48,644 nucleotides of DNA from positions 1 to 48,644 of the forward strand of contig NW_021834483.1 of assembly GCF_006345805.1 (NCBI RefSeq), given 5' to 3'. A program made the position numbers and the translations under genes. Below, one piece after another: positions 25,880-38,270 of the stretch. Positions within the stretch are counted from its first letter, which is position 1; the number at the start of each line of letters is the position of its first letter. The DNA is from Octopus sinensis (Eukaryota). The notes beneath the pieces are model-generated. The model was not told the DNA's origin and made no database searches. It was given only the letters and a program-made list of their open reading frames with translations.

Positions 25880-26200
25880 CTTTGTTTATGTTTCTACGGA
25901 AAACATTATATAGTAATTTGTACAATATTTGTGTAACATGCCGTAATAAATCTCGAACTCTACGAGCTATCGGAATACCCAGCTGCTGTTCACGAATGGA
26001 GATCGCTCGGATTTGACCTCGCCGAGATTCTTTCCATACAGAAGAGTGGATGTGTTGGCTTATCAAGTGAATCTTGGTCGCTATGCTCCAAAAAAGAAGC
26101 TAATTTCATCGAAGTAGTCTTTACTTCACAAGATCGATTAAGATCGTTTTGTCCCGTGATAAAATCTCAACTTTATCCCACAAGCTAACCTAACTTCAAC

Positions 26201-29095
26201 ATGTTGTTAAGTGAAACTATCATTCCGAACATCATTCCAAAAAGAGAGAACACGATATGCTCTTCCTGCGAACTGAGCAACAAACGCCGGTTTGGCATGA
26301 ACTGTTCATCTTGCGGTGAATTTTTCCATCTTTCATGTGTTAAAATCACCAACAAAGCAGCAAAGACGCTATACAAATGGGATGTCGTCGATGCATGAGT
26401 TCTTGTACAAACCGAAATTTCAATCCTCCTGAAATAAATATGGCGCCTAACCCGCCTGATCTTCCCTCAAATACAGATCTCATCCTTCTAAACCTATCGG
26501 AGCTACGGAAGTCCAGGAAGATTCCTCTAAGGATTCCGAAATCCGCTTGTATTTCTGCTGCTTCATGTCTAAGCCAGCTAATTGATAATGCTCTCTCCAC
26601 TAACAGCTTGGCTTCTTGGGTTCAATTGCTGAGCCTTGCACCTGTTGCTCTTGGAGTACAATTCAAAAACGCTACGCAGAATGAGTCCATATCCTGTATT
26701 ATCAAGAGAAATATAAAATCAATTGATGACAAAATACACCACACAAAGCTGAATGAAAGACGAAATATAACTCTAAACTAGGATAGCATAAAAGACAGAG
26801 TGAATAGGAAACTCATTGAGGGTGATATCCGTGCTGCTTTGCGCGTCGTGAGCAACGATGATACGGTTTTAGCCCCGACTCCTTCAGTGATCGAACATCT
26901 GATACGTAAACACCCTTACCCACCTACGGACTACCAAGAATTCACTATGCCGGAAAATTTGCCCAGCCTTATCATCACCGAACAGGAGGTGATTTTCGGA
27001 ATCGTGTCGTTTGCTCCAAGCAGCAGTGGAGGCTTGGAGGGCCTGCGACCGGGACATGTCAAAGATCTTACTGCGAAATCAGTTCATAGTTCAAATCTGG
27101 TTAAATCCATTACGTCGCTGGTTTCTAAAATTGTCAATGGAAAGATCCCTTCTTATGCAAGGGAACTACTATTCTCCGCGCACCTATTGGCCTTTAAAAA
27201 GAATGACGGGGAGTAAGACCGATCGCAGTTGGTAATTACTTCAGAAGACTTGCGGCAAAGATTGTCGCTAAAAGAGTTTGTCCGCGGATAAGCGGAGAAC
27301 TTTCGCCAGTCCAATTGGGAGTCGGTATTACAAATGGATGTGAGGCCTCTGTGCATGCGACAAGATGCTACTTTGGCTGTAGTGCGAAAACCCCCGCATG
27401 GGGCTCAAAATAGACATATCTAATGCTTTCAACACACTGCGACGAGATCGACTTATGGAATCGTGCTGGAAGAGAGTTCCGGAGATAATTCAGATAGTTA
27501 ACCTCTCTTATGGGAAAGAATCGTCTCTAGTCTTCGGTAACGAAATTATCAATCACAAACTGGAGTACAGCAAGGAGATCCACTAGGACCTTTACTGTTT
27601 TCGTTGGCCATCGATGATGTTGCACGTTCAACTGGAACTGAACTCAATCTCTGGTATCTCGACGATGCCACTATCGATGGAACTTGGAAATCAGTTTACG
27701 AAGGAATTTCGCAAATTGCTCCTGCTTTGAAAAACCTCGGTTTGGAAATTAATACAAACAAATCGGAATTGATCAATATTACGTAGTCCAATAACGAATT
27801 CATGCGAATTACTCAACAGTTCAACCATTTGCTTAAAGGGATTTCTACCACGGCTCGGGACGAGGTATATTTCCTCGGTGGTCCACTTGGTGACGCAGAA
27901 TTGCGTAAGCACCTTCGGAAGAAAGCAGAAAACCTATCACTATTTACACAACGAATATCCCTCCTTGATGCGCATACTGCGTTTTTTCTCATGAGAGCGA
28001 GTATCTGCATGCCAAGACTTCTTTATGCTCTAAGGAGCTGCCCTTGCTATGCACAACGAGACAGCCTTTTATTACTTGATCAGACACTGAAAGACACGGC
28101 CGAAACTATTTTAAACGTTCGCTTTGATGATCTGGGATGGACTCAGTGTAAACTGCCGACGAAATTGGATGGAGTTGGCCTCAGGTCCGCATTGGAAGTA
28201 GCAGCACCAGCTTATCTCTCGTCGCTCTCAAGCAGCCGGGATCTGGTCCAGGAAATTCTACGTAACCCTTCTGAATTTTCCTTGGAGCCGGAGTTCGCTA
28301 GAGCTTGTGAACGGTGGAGTGGAACTGGGTTGATGATTCCGGCGGAGACATTCAAACAGACTAACTGGGATTCGATTTTATGCAACGACATTGTCCAAAA
28401 ATACAAACAGAGGGCCAATCAGCATCGACTCACATGTCTCTTGTCCGGAGCACGCCATCATAGTGACGCGTGGCTTGATGCTCTCCCGTGTCCTGCCCTT
28501 GGTAATCTATTGGACAATAATTCTATGAGAATCGGTGTAGCACTTCGTCTGGGACTGGATATTTGCCAAGTTCACGGCTGTCGTTGCGGAGGCCTTGTTG
28601 ATGCCAAAGGATTGCACCTCTATCCTGCGGAAGAAGTGCAGGTCGAACCCCTCGACATGCCGCATTGAATGATGTGATACGACGTGCCCTAGAGGCAGCA
28701 GGATTCCCAGCAAGACTGGAACCTGCGGGTCTTAACCGTAATGATGGGAGAAGGCCAGATGGAGTGACTCTTTTCCCCTACTCTGGGGGAAAACCACTAG
28801 TTTGGGACTCGACATGCGTGGACACTTTCACTCGAAAGAACATCAACATTTCCTTGCGTTCATCTGGATCGGCCGCTAACTTTGCTGAAAAAGCAAAAAT
28901 TGCCAAATATTCCACAATCGGAATTCGTACCGCTTTGTTCCTGTGGCAGTCGAGACTTCGGGTGTCACAGGAACTGTAACTGAGTCATTCCTTAAAGAAA
29001 TCGGACGTAAAATCGCTCATATAAAAAACGACTGGAGGGAACCAACATGGCTTCGACAAAGAATAGGATTGGCCGTTGTTCGCGGCAATGCCTTG
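26201..29095 (+). mobile_element. Near full-length CRE-clade retrotransposon: PHD finger - RT - CCHC - RLE, with several indels and stops
   Basis: CSSC..CSSCGEFFHLSC..W.CRRC; PLRIPKSA; VRPIAVGNYFRRL; KIDISNAFN; WYLDD; AWLDALP; CRCG..H; RRPDG..WDSTCVD..EKAKIAKY; GLAVVRGNA. Confidence 0.95.
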
Positions 29096-29692
29096 AAATT
29101 TTTTTATAAATTAATGAGAGGGATTTATTTAGGAATAATAAAAAGCTGATACTCACGGTCAACTCCATATTTTTCTAAGTCACGAGGCATCTGAAGAGCA
29201 GCCAAGTAAAACCAAATTTACGTACTCGTGTTAGTGAGATTGTCTTCATTGGTGAGCTGAAACGTGATAAAATGACGCCAACTTAGGAATTGAGAAATAC
29301 GTCAAAAAATTAATGGAACATCTTACAAAAAGACAGCACATCTTCTTAACGATGGCAAGATCTACCGGAGGTCCCCTTGAAGAGGAGTATCTTGCCTATG
29401 AGAAGTGTGTTAGGAAATTTGAACCGAACATCCTCTATAAAACGCCATTTTCAAATTATTCACAGATCATTATCTGAGAAAACTAATGATGAACAATGTG
29501 AAACAATTGCATCTCGACAAAACAAGGACCCAGTACATTTGTACGGTAGAAAGTAAAATAATTTGTTTCAATATCAAATACACAGATTATATTCGAGGTC
29601 GAAATTTCCGGGGAGTAAATATGACCATGTTAAACAATTCGTTTCTGAATAAAAATGGCGGAATATTTCGTGGCGACTTTCAAAAAAGGCAA

Positions 29693-30244
29693 TTAGAATT
29701 TATTCCAACATTTATCTAGTATTTTAGACAAATATACAGTCGCATGTAAAAAATGGTTTATTGCTGGAGAAAAACGAGATTCTCTTAACACCTTGCTGCA
29801 CGTGAGCACAATAAAAAGATCCTCTCCGTCCACATCAAAATCCTTAATTTTGCCATTAGACGTCAGCGGTAGTCGAACTGTGCCACATACTTCAACATTA
29901 ATCCACTTTTCCGGAATTTTTAAAGAAAGGGAATCGAAAATATTGGGATATATGTTCTGATAGCGTCCTCCGAAATGATAAATAATGTCGTTTGTGACAC
30001 AAATCTGATGTTCGTGGACCATCACTGTCTTGAAGTGGACTAGAGAGATACACTCGTGACAGAGTAATTCAGGGGTCCTTAAAATCTTCGAAAATCTATT
30101 TCTCGGGACACTTAATATTTTATCAATATATTTTTTCCATCGACAACGCGGAATTTTACCAGATTTGAAAAACTGACGTGGTTGAGCACTGCAACTTGAT
30201 GAGACCATACAAAATATTCGCACATGAGCACAAAATGAACCCAA
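29693..30244 (-). pseudogene. Possible AMP-binding (adenylation) enzyme C-terminal fragment, AASDH-like
   Basis: LPLTSNGKI (A10 motif) and an FFKSG segment resembling the xxTGD motif. Confidence 0.35.
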
Positions 30245-30414
30245 AATTCAAATAAATTACAACTGTTTAATCACAAATGTATTTATCAAAATAAATAAAA
30301 TAACATATAAGAAAAGCTATTTAAATACACCAATTAGGATAGTTTAGTTGACTATAGTTAAGCAATTCGAACTAAATAATTTACATTAAAAAATAAGACA
30401 TTTTATTATTACAG

Positions 30415-30860
30415 AGCCAAGATTTGAGATGACTGTCCCCTTAGGCAGCAACTAATGTTCCTTGAACACCATAATCTTAAAAATAATACGTACAGTTCTT
30501 TCAGCAACCCCACAAGCCTCGCTCACTTCTACAACAAATCACATAATACAACCTTCGGTGTCTTTTGGTTTCCGCGGATGACCACCATTAAAAAACGCTG
30601 AAACAATCATTGGGTCTCACAACGGTCTTTTATGCGCACAAAATTCAATTAAAAAATTATATATTTCTGGTTACGCTTCACTTTATGCTTCCGATGCAAC
30701 TCTGACTTATCCAAACTAGAATAGATAGTTCGGGTTTGTTACAAAAGTATTTTCGACATGTACTTCGACAATATATCCTAGAAGCAAGCAATTCTCCCGC
30801 TCTATTTTAGGGAAATCTGCCTACAATTACCTAAGGATGTTGTTTTACCTACCTATTTGT
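30415..30860 (-). pseudogene. Decayed TFIIB-like C-terminal cyclin-fold fragment
   Basis: After removing 24-nt intron 30529-30552: EEVSEACGVAERTVRIIFKIM vs TFIIB [21 protein letters not shown]; stops present. Confidence 0.5.
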
Positions 30861-30869
30861 CCTTCCGAC

Positions 30870-30957
30870 TATGTTTGTTTAAGAAGTGCGGCCCAGGCAC
30901 AAGCCTGGCTTAATGCTTTTCCACTTCCGTCGGTTGGTAGCAAGCTTGATAACGATA
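30870..30957 (+). mobile_element. CRE internal micro-fragment
   Basis: CLRSAAQAQAWLNAFPLPSVGSKLDND. Confidence 0.75.
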
Positions 30958-32504
30958 AACATTTTGTCGACATTTCTCACACAATATTGTTGAATGACGG
31001 ATGTTCGATTGAACGATGGTAAAAACGCACAAGAAACGAATCAAAAAATAAAGATCATACATAATCACAATCTTTTTAGTAGATAGATTTAGAACTGTTT
31101 TATGTAAGATAAAAGCTAGTATCTTTTATTTATAGTTCATTGTTAATGCAAGTTCTTGTGCATTATAACTTTAACAAATTATAAAAATTTGAAGTATTTT
31201 TTTCAACCTGTAGCGATCGGGAATGTCCATCGCCTGTAACACATTATTCCAACTAATAGCCATTAAATATTAAATGAAAATTACAAGTAACACAACTGCT
31301 ATTGTAATCCAATACACAAGAGGAGTCATTTTAGCTCCAGATAGTCTACTATCTATAAAGTCTTACATTTCAATTCAATATATCCTGTTTATAAACGTAA
31401 TTTACCCTTCTACACAAAAAAATCGTTCACATTTCAACAAATTCAGTCATCTCGATGTCCGGATCGTTGTTAGAAAAACTCTGCAGATCCAGACATTTCC
31501 TGACATTACTCACCAAAAAGAATTGGACTGCATCTTTTCAAAATTTACACAAACAGGAAAAATGAAAAAAAATAAATTTCACAAAATTAGACATAAACCT
31601 TAATTTTTAATCAAAAATACGCACTTTTGTACTAAAGCAAGAAAATTCAATAATTTATCAAAAATACTAAAAAAATATGAATATAGTGAAGATATTTTAC
31701 AAGTACAAAAAATACATAAACGACAATATTAAAAAAATTAAGTATTTATGAAAAGAACAAAAAGACAAATTATTATATTTATTATACACGATTTTGCACA
31801 ACTAAATTAATCAACTCAAATATATATTTTCTATTCATATCTGATAATGATTACTACACAACAAAGATCAACAAATCGTTGTGACCTCGGTCATATCAGA
31901 ACTTATTCCTTTCTCATACAAATCGAGACATTTATAAATAAAAAATTCCATTTTAGATCATTTCAGTTTCAGTAATACAGTCCGACCTCGATTTGGAACA
32001 GACCTCGGGGCTGGAACACCTTAGTTTTTGGAACAACCTCAGTTTTTGGAACACTTTGTAGGATCTCTGCCTAGAATAAATAATTCCTTTTAAATGAAAA
32101 CCTCGATTTGGAACAAAATTTATTATTATTATTTATTTCTAGTCATTAAAAAATTAATTAATTTGGATTAAAAAAACTCCACGCTAAATTATTATGGGTC
32201 TCAGTTACGAGAAAAAGGTTGAAATTGCTCGACAACTAAAAAGTCATTCACACAGAGTACTTGCTCAAAAATATGAAACGAGCATTGGCACAATTGCTCG
32301 AATAAAAAAACGATTACGCCGCAAATAACCTGTGGGAACATTATTCCAAATTTTCGGACTGAAACAAAAACTGACGATATTTTTAAAACATTGGATAGTA
32401 AAGTTCTCGACGTTTTTCAACAATTACGGCTCCAAAATATTCCAGTTTCAGGTCCTCTTATCAAAAAAATTGGTAATTTTACTTTTTCTCACATTGTTTT
32501 AAGG

Positions 32505-32672
32505 TTTGAAAATTGCGGGTAAATTGAGGCGTATTTCTTCCGCTTCGTCTCCTCGGCCCGACGGGAAGTAAAGCCGGGGGAGGACGCAGACTGAGCAACG
32601 GTCCCGGGGGCAAAGGTGTCCGCGCAGGTAACATCCCAAACGAGACATTTTCCCTCCGAGAATGGAAAGATC
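32505..32672 (-). mobile_element. CRE RLE micro-fragment
   Basis: FPFSEGKCLVWDVTCADTFA..AEETKRKKY. Confidence 0.85.
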
Positions 32673-32829
32673 ATAAATATTATTTTTATGGGCTAATTAT
32701 AAAGTTTAACTATGCCTTGTATTGATTTAAATTTGTTTTTGTTCATGTACTTAAATAATTTAAAAAAGTTATTTTTTAAATGTTGGTAAACCTAAACTTG
32801 TTGGAAAATTTTTAGCGTGCTAGATTTGT

Positions 32830-33775
32830 TTCTTGTAATGGCTTCTTATAGAGGTTATGTCAAAGATTCTTCAGAGTAACGAATTTTAAAAGATGCTTTG
32901 TAAAATAAATTCCCGGAAGTTTTTTTAGGCAAGCAAAAATAGACTTATAAAAAAAGATCGAGAATTTTACAATAATCAATTAAGGGTACTCTAGATTTAC
33001 GATTAATGCGCAGATTGTATTACTTTGGACAATGAAACTGAAATGGAGCATGTAGCTAAATCTCTACATGAATATTCACAGGGAGGAGTATATAAGTTGA
33101 TTCGAAAAAAAGACAAGTATAATCAGTTGCTAAACAATTTGTTATAACTGTTGTGTTTTTCAATCAGAAAAGTCATTCGAAATTGTGAAGTATGTAAATT
33201 TGCCTGTCCATTGAAAGTTTTAATTCTTTTTAATTTTTAATGTAGGTTGGTGATATGAATCATCATATCTTTGCTTCTTCTCCGAATGAAAGGTTTCAGC
33301 TAGATCTTGTAGATCTAAAAAAGTTTTCAGTCGTAAATAATAATTGTAGGTTGGTAGTAGGTGTTTATTGTGGTTGGTAGTAGGTGTTCCGGATGGTCTT
33401 GGAGAATTGTCGTCAAACATGACTAGTATTGGGGATACGCATGGAAAGAGACACTTCGGTGCCTTGTTTTTATCTCCCCGCCGATGTTTTTCTTCCTTGT
33501 TTTTCTTTTTCTTTTCGCTCAATAAACACTATTCTATTCTATATTCTATTGTAGTAAACAATTTATTCAGATTTGCATTTGTCAGACCACTTTTTCATAA
33601 ATCTTCAAAAGAAGTATGCAACAACTTAAGATCACTTATCTATCTATATGGACCTTGAAAAATTTTGCAATCAGATAATGGTTCAGAATTCAAGAATGTG
33701 TCTCTGAGAGATCTATGCGAAGAGTTCAATGTAGTTCAAATACATGGAAGACCAAACAATCCCCGTACACAGGGG
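32830..33775 (+). mobile_element. Ginger/KRBA2-like integrase fragment
   Basis: CEVC zinc motif, ERFQLDLVDL, FAFVRPL, LQSDNGSEFKN, HGRPNNPRTQG. Confidence 0.85.
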
Positions 33776-34139
33776 ATGGATAAATTCGAGTATCCATTCT
33801 ACCCGGGCTCTGAAATAATTAACATTTTATTAAATAATCGAGTCGAGGCAAATCAATCATTTTTATTTAATAGATAAAATAAACAAATGATTAATTTTAA
33901 TATTTTTTGTTAAAATGCATTATTCTTTCAAGTTGTCTGTTTTTTGTTAAAATGTGTTCCAATTCAAGGTCGGACTGTACTTTAAAAATGTAGCCGACAG
34001 TGACAAAAATAAAAATTGAATTGTGTAGATAGAAGAGTTTTAAATTCGGTATTCCTTGGAAATTTTACATAAGAATCAATAAAAATTGAAAAAACACACA
34101 TTTTCAAGTGGTCACGTTTTTTTTGAACAGACTGTATGT

Positions 34140-34202
34140 ATCGAAAATCCGGGAGCCCCGTAGATCGGGCTGAGAAGAGAAAGGCTGAGAAATACGCTGG
34201 AA
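34140..34202 (+). mobile_element. CRE RLE micro-fragment (~60 bp)
   Basis: GC-rich patch encoding PGA..DRAEKRKAEKYAG (AExxKxxKY motif). Confidence 0.5.
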
Positions 34203-34739
34203 TTGATACTCTGGATATCTACCAATGACAATTTTTCTCTTGTCCTTTCTTTATTAATAATAGAATTAGAATAAGATATAAAGCATTGAATAAAATTGTA
34301 GATTACCAATAATCGAATGGGAAAATAATAATTCGGAACGAATAATAAATGAAATAATCGTTCGATAAATCTGAGCAAACAAGGAATCGAAGAACTTACA
34401 GGGGCAAAATAACTGAAATAAAAATAACAGAAATAAATAAATCGAATTAAAACAAATCCATATGAATGGAGATTAATAAAATGAATACAAATTCACTTGA
34501 AAAATAAACCTTTATCAAGGACATTTTACAAGCAGTCAATTTAATTAATCTTCAAACAAATAAAAAACGAAAATATTATGAAAATAAAACATTGATAGCA
34601 AGAAAGAATAAAATAAGAACTAACAACAAAAATAAACAACACTAAACACGTGATAAATATATTGTATTTAATTAGATAAATTAAGAACATTTAAAAAATA
34701 AAATAATTAACACGGAGACCAGCAAGGAGAAGCATTTTT

Positions 34740-35516
34740 CATTGCTGTTCAAATGAATTGTTTGTATATCAGTTTTAAACTTTCCATGGCTTGCCCAAAA
34801 GAATAATCAGAAACTGCACTTAGCGCATTCAGCTTGCGCCTAGCTTATATCGTATTCAAGTGGGTAGAAAAGCTCAGAGATTCATCATAATTGACATCCA
34901 GAATTTTGGGGTTTTTTGTTATAGGTAAACGTTTTCCAAATACAAACAGTAGTAGTTCATAAGTGAGTTCACTTTTATTGGGCATGATGAGCGTCTTGGT
35001 TGATTTAGATGATGAGATGTATAGTGTTTATGGTAAACCAGACAGCAATGAAATCCAAATGAGATTTAAGTAGTTGGTGATTGTTTAAAGATTGCTATTT
35101 CTTCTCCATATGAGAGTAATAAGGTATTTTTTGTGACTGGTGCGTCACTTAAATGGAAGTTGAAGAGATCTGGCGATAGCACTGAGCTTTGCGTGACTCC
35201 ATTTGGTTGTTATCGAAACCGAGACTTGTGTCTTCTGATTTATGTTTGGCTTAAGCGCCCCGATAGAAAGCTGGTTAGCCAACGTTTCAGTTGTCAAAAT
35301 ATCAGTCCTAGCAATTTTATTGCTCAGTACATGTCTTGAAGAGCGATAAAAAGCTCTGGTAAAACCGACCGAGACAAATATAGTTTTTAAGAAGGCTTGA
35401 AATTGTTAAGGCCGAAAAACCATGTTGTGCTTTTTCAAATGAAGGAGGAGAATTTTCAATACAACTTTTAGAATGATTTTTGAAACCACTAATAGAAGCA
35501 AGATGGTCTATATGAT
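34740..35516 (-). mobile_element. Decayed LINE RT, C-terminal piece
   Basis: YRP, QHGF, GVTQSSVLSPDLFNFHLSD. Confidence 0.75.
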
Positions 35517-36029
35517 ATACACTAATTAATTTCACTTTTTTTGTAAATCATATTTTTTAAAATGACAATTATGAAATCAGATTGAATAAAAAATCAAAAA
35601 TAAATATCAAGTCAGTCCTCCTCCTACAAATATGAAATCTCAAGATACCATTTCCTTATGTTTGGGGTTACCTGAAGGACAAGAGCGCTCCTTCACCACA
35701 TTAATGGTACTGTCTTAATCAGTACTGTCCAGCATGATGAACTGAAACATCCCGTAGTCATCTACTACAGAAATAAGACTACTCGTGAGTCCCTTATAGT
35801 CCCTTGAATTTCCGCAGTTTAACCAAGGTCACAAGTTAGGCTCCAAACTTTTTAAAATGTCTATCGAAGCTCAGGCCAACATACTAATGAATCACTGTGC
35901 AAAAATTAGTCAGATTTAGAAAACGAAAAAACTCTAGAACACGAAAGTTCGAACTCTTCAATGACAACCTTTCTCATATCACAATATTTATCGCATTAGT
36001 TAAAGCAGTTGATAAAAAAATGTAAAAAA

Positions 36030-36246
36030 ATCTAACGCAAGAGGGTGCGACGGCATATCCATTTATCACTTAAAGCATCTCGGGACCTTGGAATGAAAGC
36101 AATTGTAAGAATGCTCAAACTTTCACTAAACCTCGGACAAACTCCGATTATCTGGAAAAAATCCTGCACTGGTTTTATTCTAAATCAAACAGAGATTCTA
36201 AAAACCCATCATCATATAGACCATCTTGCTTCTATTAGTGGTTTCA
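36030..36246 (+). mobile_element. Decayed LINE RT, N-terminal piece, inverted relative to 34740-35516
   Basis: LKHL..SLNLGQTPIIWK..YRP; shares an exact 36-bp end with the C-terminal piece. Confidence 0.75.
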
Positions 36247-36319
36247 CTTCGGGTGGCTAATCCATGGAAACAATTTCCCTCGAACTGAAGCAAGCCTGTG
36301 CCTCCTGCTAGACCGAAAC

Positions 36320-36470
36320 TTGTTTTTTTCGATAACCGAGAAAACAAATGCAGCTACTTTAACTTATCTGAAAAGACCATTGATCACCTTGTCATCAGAT
36401 GTGGGCGAATGCTTAACGGGCTTTATCTTAGACCCCATAGCGAAGTAGTCAAATGCTTGCATCTGCATCT
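36320..36470 (+). mobile_element. RLE-LINE degenerate CCHC/RH micro-fragment
   Basis: KCSYFNLSEKTIDHLVIRC..YLRPHSEVVKCLHL. Confidence 0.7.
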
Positions 36471-37677
36471 ATTTGATGAATAAAAATAATATTTGTGATT
36501 ATCCAAGAATTATATTTTTACGTCACAAGGTCAAAAGTAATGTCAAGTATTCGATCAATTCTAATTATTCCTCAACTATTATTTCAAGTGACCTCAATTA
36601 TTCTTCAAGAAATTAGCTTTGGCATGTTTTAGATGTGTAAAAACCTGAATAGTAATATAATTTTGTTTTAAGCATCAATTTCAATTTATTACTCGACACC
36701 CATTTCTATCAATCCATATTTTTAACCAGGCATATTTTAAATGAGCACGACAAAGATTTTCAATCGATCAAAAGCATTCTAAATGCAAATTTCTAAAAGA
36801 CTTCAACAAAAAATAAAGCATGCCGTTTCAGCAAAAAAATTGCTGTAAAGACAATTAATGGTTCACCTGAAATTCAAGCTCGAAATCATTAAAGAGGGGA
36901 AAAAATAAACTCTAATAATCTAACATTATAGATAAAAAATGCTAAAGGAGAAGTATAAACGGTCGAAAATTATCTACTTTGGTTTTTTTTGTTTTTGGTC
37001 TCCAGAGTGGTTTTTAATTAGACTACGGTTATCGACTCTTATTTCTGAAGTATCGAAATTCAATTCCTATAGTCTTTTTAAACTAATTTTAAAATATAAC
37101 TTAAACTTTGGATAAATGAAACCAAACAAAATTAACGAAACAAAAGAGATAGTTAAATTGGTTTAGTTAAATGGGAAAAGTTTAACCCATTTCATCGCTT
37201 TAAAAAAGACCTGCATTTTAATTTAAAATCTTTGTTATTAAGTTTGATAGAAAAATTTTTCATTTATATTTAAGAGCTGGAATATCAAATGCTAATTAGT
37301 CTTTGGACATTGGTTATTTATTTTTTGATTAAATAATCTCGTTGGGTATTGGTTTGGCCAGTCTGGCATTGTGATCAATGAAAGTATTCTAATTTCGAAT
37401 TCATTCGTATATTTAAACGATCATTAACATCATTTGCGATCAATATTTTGTACATGTAAAAGGAACATTCAGAAGACATAAAAAATCTAATACTTCGTGA
37501 ATATAATAAAGGAAAATCAATCCGAAAAGTTTCAGAAAATTTTCATATTCCGAAGAGTACAGTATGAAACATTTTCAATAAATGGAAATTATAAAAAAAA
37601 TACCAAAAATAAGCCAAGATTAGGAAAACCGGAAAAAAATATCATCTCGATTAATTCACATAGATAAACGAAAGTTA

Positions 37678-38059
37678 CAGTGGAACTTGTCTAAACCGGC
37701 CCCTGAAAATACCGGATCTCTCCGTATATACCGGCCGTTTTCTCCGGTCCCAATTTTTTACAGTATTTTCAATATAAATTTCACCTCTTTATTTCGGATT
37801 CTCTATATTCTGAAAACCGGCCGTTTTCTCCGGTCCCAATTTTTTACAGTATTTTCAATATAAATTTCACCTCTTTATTTCGGATTCTCTATATCTGAAA
37901 ACCGGCCGTAATGTCAAGTCCCAACGGCTTTTTTTACATTGTGCAAACCGGACAAAGAGGTATTAAAAATAACTGTCAAAACCTTGATAAGCCGGATCTC
38001 TCTATAAACCGGCCGATTTTCATGGTTCCGTCGGATTCCGGTTTAGACAAGTTCCACTG
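37678..38059. mobile_element. 382-bp pogo-type MITE with an internal 86-bp tandem duplication
   Basis: Perfect TIR CAGTGGAACTTGTCTAAACCGG; TA TSD. Confidence 0.92.
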
Positions 38060-38270
38060 TACTTAATAATCAGAAATTGTCTCATTAACAACTCTCTACT
38101 TACTTGGGCAAAGTAGGATTGCCAGTATGCTCACAGACTGGTACAAATGCTCTAAGAATAGAAGAGTCCCATAAATGTCGTCCACATAAAGTTCCGCTGC
38201 TTACTAGGAAACACGTCCACGGTTAAAATATGCTAAAAAAATTTACCTCAAGACGACGACTTTCTATATA

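Larger units (their letters stand above)
31978..33977 (+). mobile_element. pogo/Tigger element with both TIRs; DDE core replaced by foreign TE fragments
   Basis: TA-CAGTCCGACCTCGATTTGGAACA ... TGTTCCAATTCAAGGTCGGACTG-TA; CENP-B-type HTH remains (LSYEKKVEIA..PVSGPLIK) at 32190-32470. Confidence 0.85.

Noticed and set aside
26201-29095. Programmed frameshifting in the CRE polyprotein
   Set aside because: Frame breaks are numerous and often at homopolymers; similar 1-nt indels separate the inverted-repeat arms, pointing to decay or long-read error.
37730-37910. CRISPR-like array
   Set aside because: It is a simple tandem duplication in a MITE, with no spacers or cas genes, in a eukaryotic context.
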